Of a stretch of 39,162 nt of DNA, positions 38,388 to 39,162 are shown piece by piece. The stretch comes from a virus (lineage: Duplodnaviria; Heunggongvirae; Uroviricota; Caudoviricetes), in the IMG/VR virus record IMGVR_UViG_2541047691_000016. One strand, given 5' to 3'. Within the stretch, counting starts at the first letter, position 1. Each line of letters begins with the position of its first letter. The position numbers and the translations under genes are program-made. A model generated the notes under the pieces. That model saw nothing but the letters and a program-made list of their open reading frames with translations, was not told the origin of the DNA and ran no database searches.

Positions 38388-38664
38388 CCTGCAACTTGCC
38401 GTTAAAGGTGAATACTTCGATGCCATGATTCGCGGAGAGAAAACGGAAGAGTATCGCCTGTGTAATGACTACTGGAATAAGCGAATTATGTTCCGCGAGT
38501 ATGACCGCCTGATTATCACAAAGGGATATCCGAAGCGCGACGATTCCAGCCGCAGAATTGACGTCCCGTATGACGGATATGAAATCAAGACAATCACACA
38601 TCCGCACTTCGGCGATAAACCGGTAAAGGTGTTCGCTATAAAGGTGAATATCGACAATGAATGA
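38380..38664 (+). CDS. Hypothetical phage protein (94 aa)
   Basis: ORF in operon context; no family recognised. Confidence 0.5.
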   Translation: MANLQLAVKGEYFDAMIRGEKTEEYRLCNDYWNKRIMFREYDRLIITKGYPKRDDSSRRIDVPYDGYEIKTITHPHFGDKPVKVFAIKVNIDNE

Positions 38665-38736
38665 TAATCCTCGCACTCGCGGGGATTTCTTTTATCTGAA
38701 CTCGCTACGGCGGGTTTTGTTTTATGGAGATGATAA

Positions 38737-38904
38737 ATGCACTTCCGAGTCACAGGTGAATGGAATGGAGAGCCATTCAACAGAGTTATCGAAGCAGAGA
38801 ACATCAACGACTGCTATGACCACTGGATGCTGTGGGCGCAGATAGCACATGCAGACGTAACTAATATTCGAATTGAAGAACTGAAAGAACACCAAGCCGC
38901 CTGA
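38737..38904 (+). CDS. Small hypothetical protein (55 aa); absent from the supplied ORF track, which reports only ORFs of 60 aa or longer
   Basis: Hand translation MHFRVTGEWNGEPFNRVIEAENINDCYDHWMLWAQIAHADVTNIRIEELKEHQAA; stop sits in the loop of the downstream terminator hairpin. Confidence 0.4.
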   Translation: MHFRVTGEWNGEPFNRVIEAENINDCYDHWMLWAQIAHADVTNIRIEELKEHQAA

Positions 38905-38916
38905 TGGCGGTTTTTT
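38896..38916 (+). terminator. Intrinsic terminator upstream of xis
   Basis: CCGCC-UGAU-GGCGG hairpin followed by U6. Confidence 0.6.
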
Positions 38917-38961
38917 ATTGCCTGATTTGCAGGTTCGATTCCCTATTCGGAGATAGCACTC

Positions 38962-39162
38962 ATGCAACACGAACTACAACCTGATTCACTGGTTGATTTG
39001 AAATTCATCATGGCCGATACTGGCTTCGGTAAAACCTTCATCTATGACCGGATTAAGTCCGGCGACCTGCCAAAAGCCAAAGTTATCCACGGGCGAGCAA
39101 GATGGTTATATCGTGACCATTGTGAATTCAAAAATAAGCTCTTAAGCCGCGCCAATGGGTAA
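38962..39162 (+). CDS. xis: Excisionase-like DNA-binding protein
   Basis: 66-aa ORF ending at the last base of the window; LVDLKFIMADTGFGKTFIYDRIKSGDLPKAKVIHGRARWLY looks like an excisionase/AlpA-type HTH; int would lie beyond the window. Confidence 0.6.
   Translation: MQHELQPDSLVDLKFIMADTGFGKTFIYDRIKSGDLPKAKVIHGRARWLYRDHCEFKNKLLSRANG

Noticed and set aside
38657-38845. 62-aa plus-strand ORF from the ORF track
   Set aside because: Overlaps in another frame the 55-aa ORF (38737..38904) that ends neatly at the terminator; its translation is Ser/Thr-rich and less protein-like. It does show ATGAATGA start coupling, so it is not fully excluded.

Overview
The window is an almost complete P22-like lambdoid prophage of the CUS-3 type (E. 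coli K1 lineage), lying in inverted orientation so that most genes are on the minus strand. Reading right to left in phage order: xis (39162..38962), the PL operon (N-like antiterminator, erf, SSB-like gene, several small genes), a P22-type c2/cro immunity region with three operators, lambda-type cII, an O-like initiator carrying origin iterons, a DnaB-like helicase, the nin region (ninB, ninE, ninF, rusA, ninH), Q antiterminator with pR'/tR', a lambda-type S-R-Rz/Rz1 lysis cassette, terminase small and large subunits, portal, scaffold, coat, gp4/gp10/gp26/gp14, ejection proteins gp7/gp20/gp16, and an immI region (mnt, arc, ant, sar-like antisense RNA). The tailspike is an endosialidase (endoNF-like) fused to a P22-type head-binding domain, and it is split by a complete IS2 with a 5-bp target duplication. 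The window begins inside the (AAGACTC)n heptanucleotide repeat array at the 5' end of the phase-variable polysialic acid O-acetyltransferase gene neuO. The most likely place for an undescribed system is the immI accessory island (5998..8381): a truncated ClpP-family peptidase gene translationally coupled to mnt, a convergent AT-rich two-gene operon with no recognisable domains, and a divergent small membrane protein. All homology calls come from reading the translations against remembered reference proteins; no database search was run.
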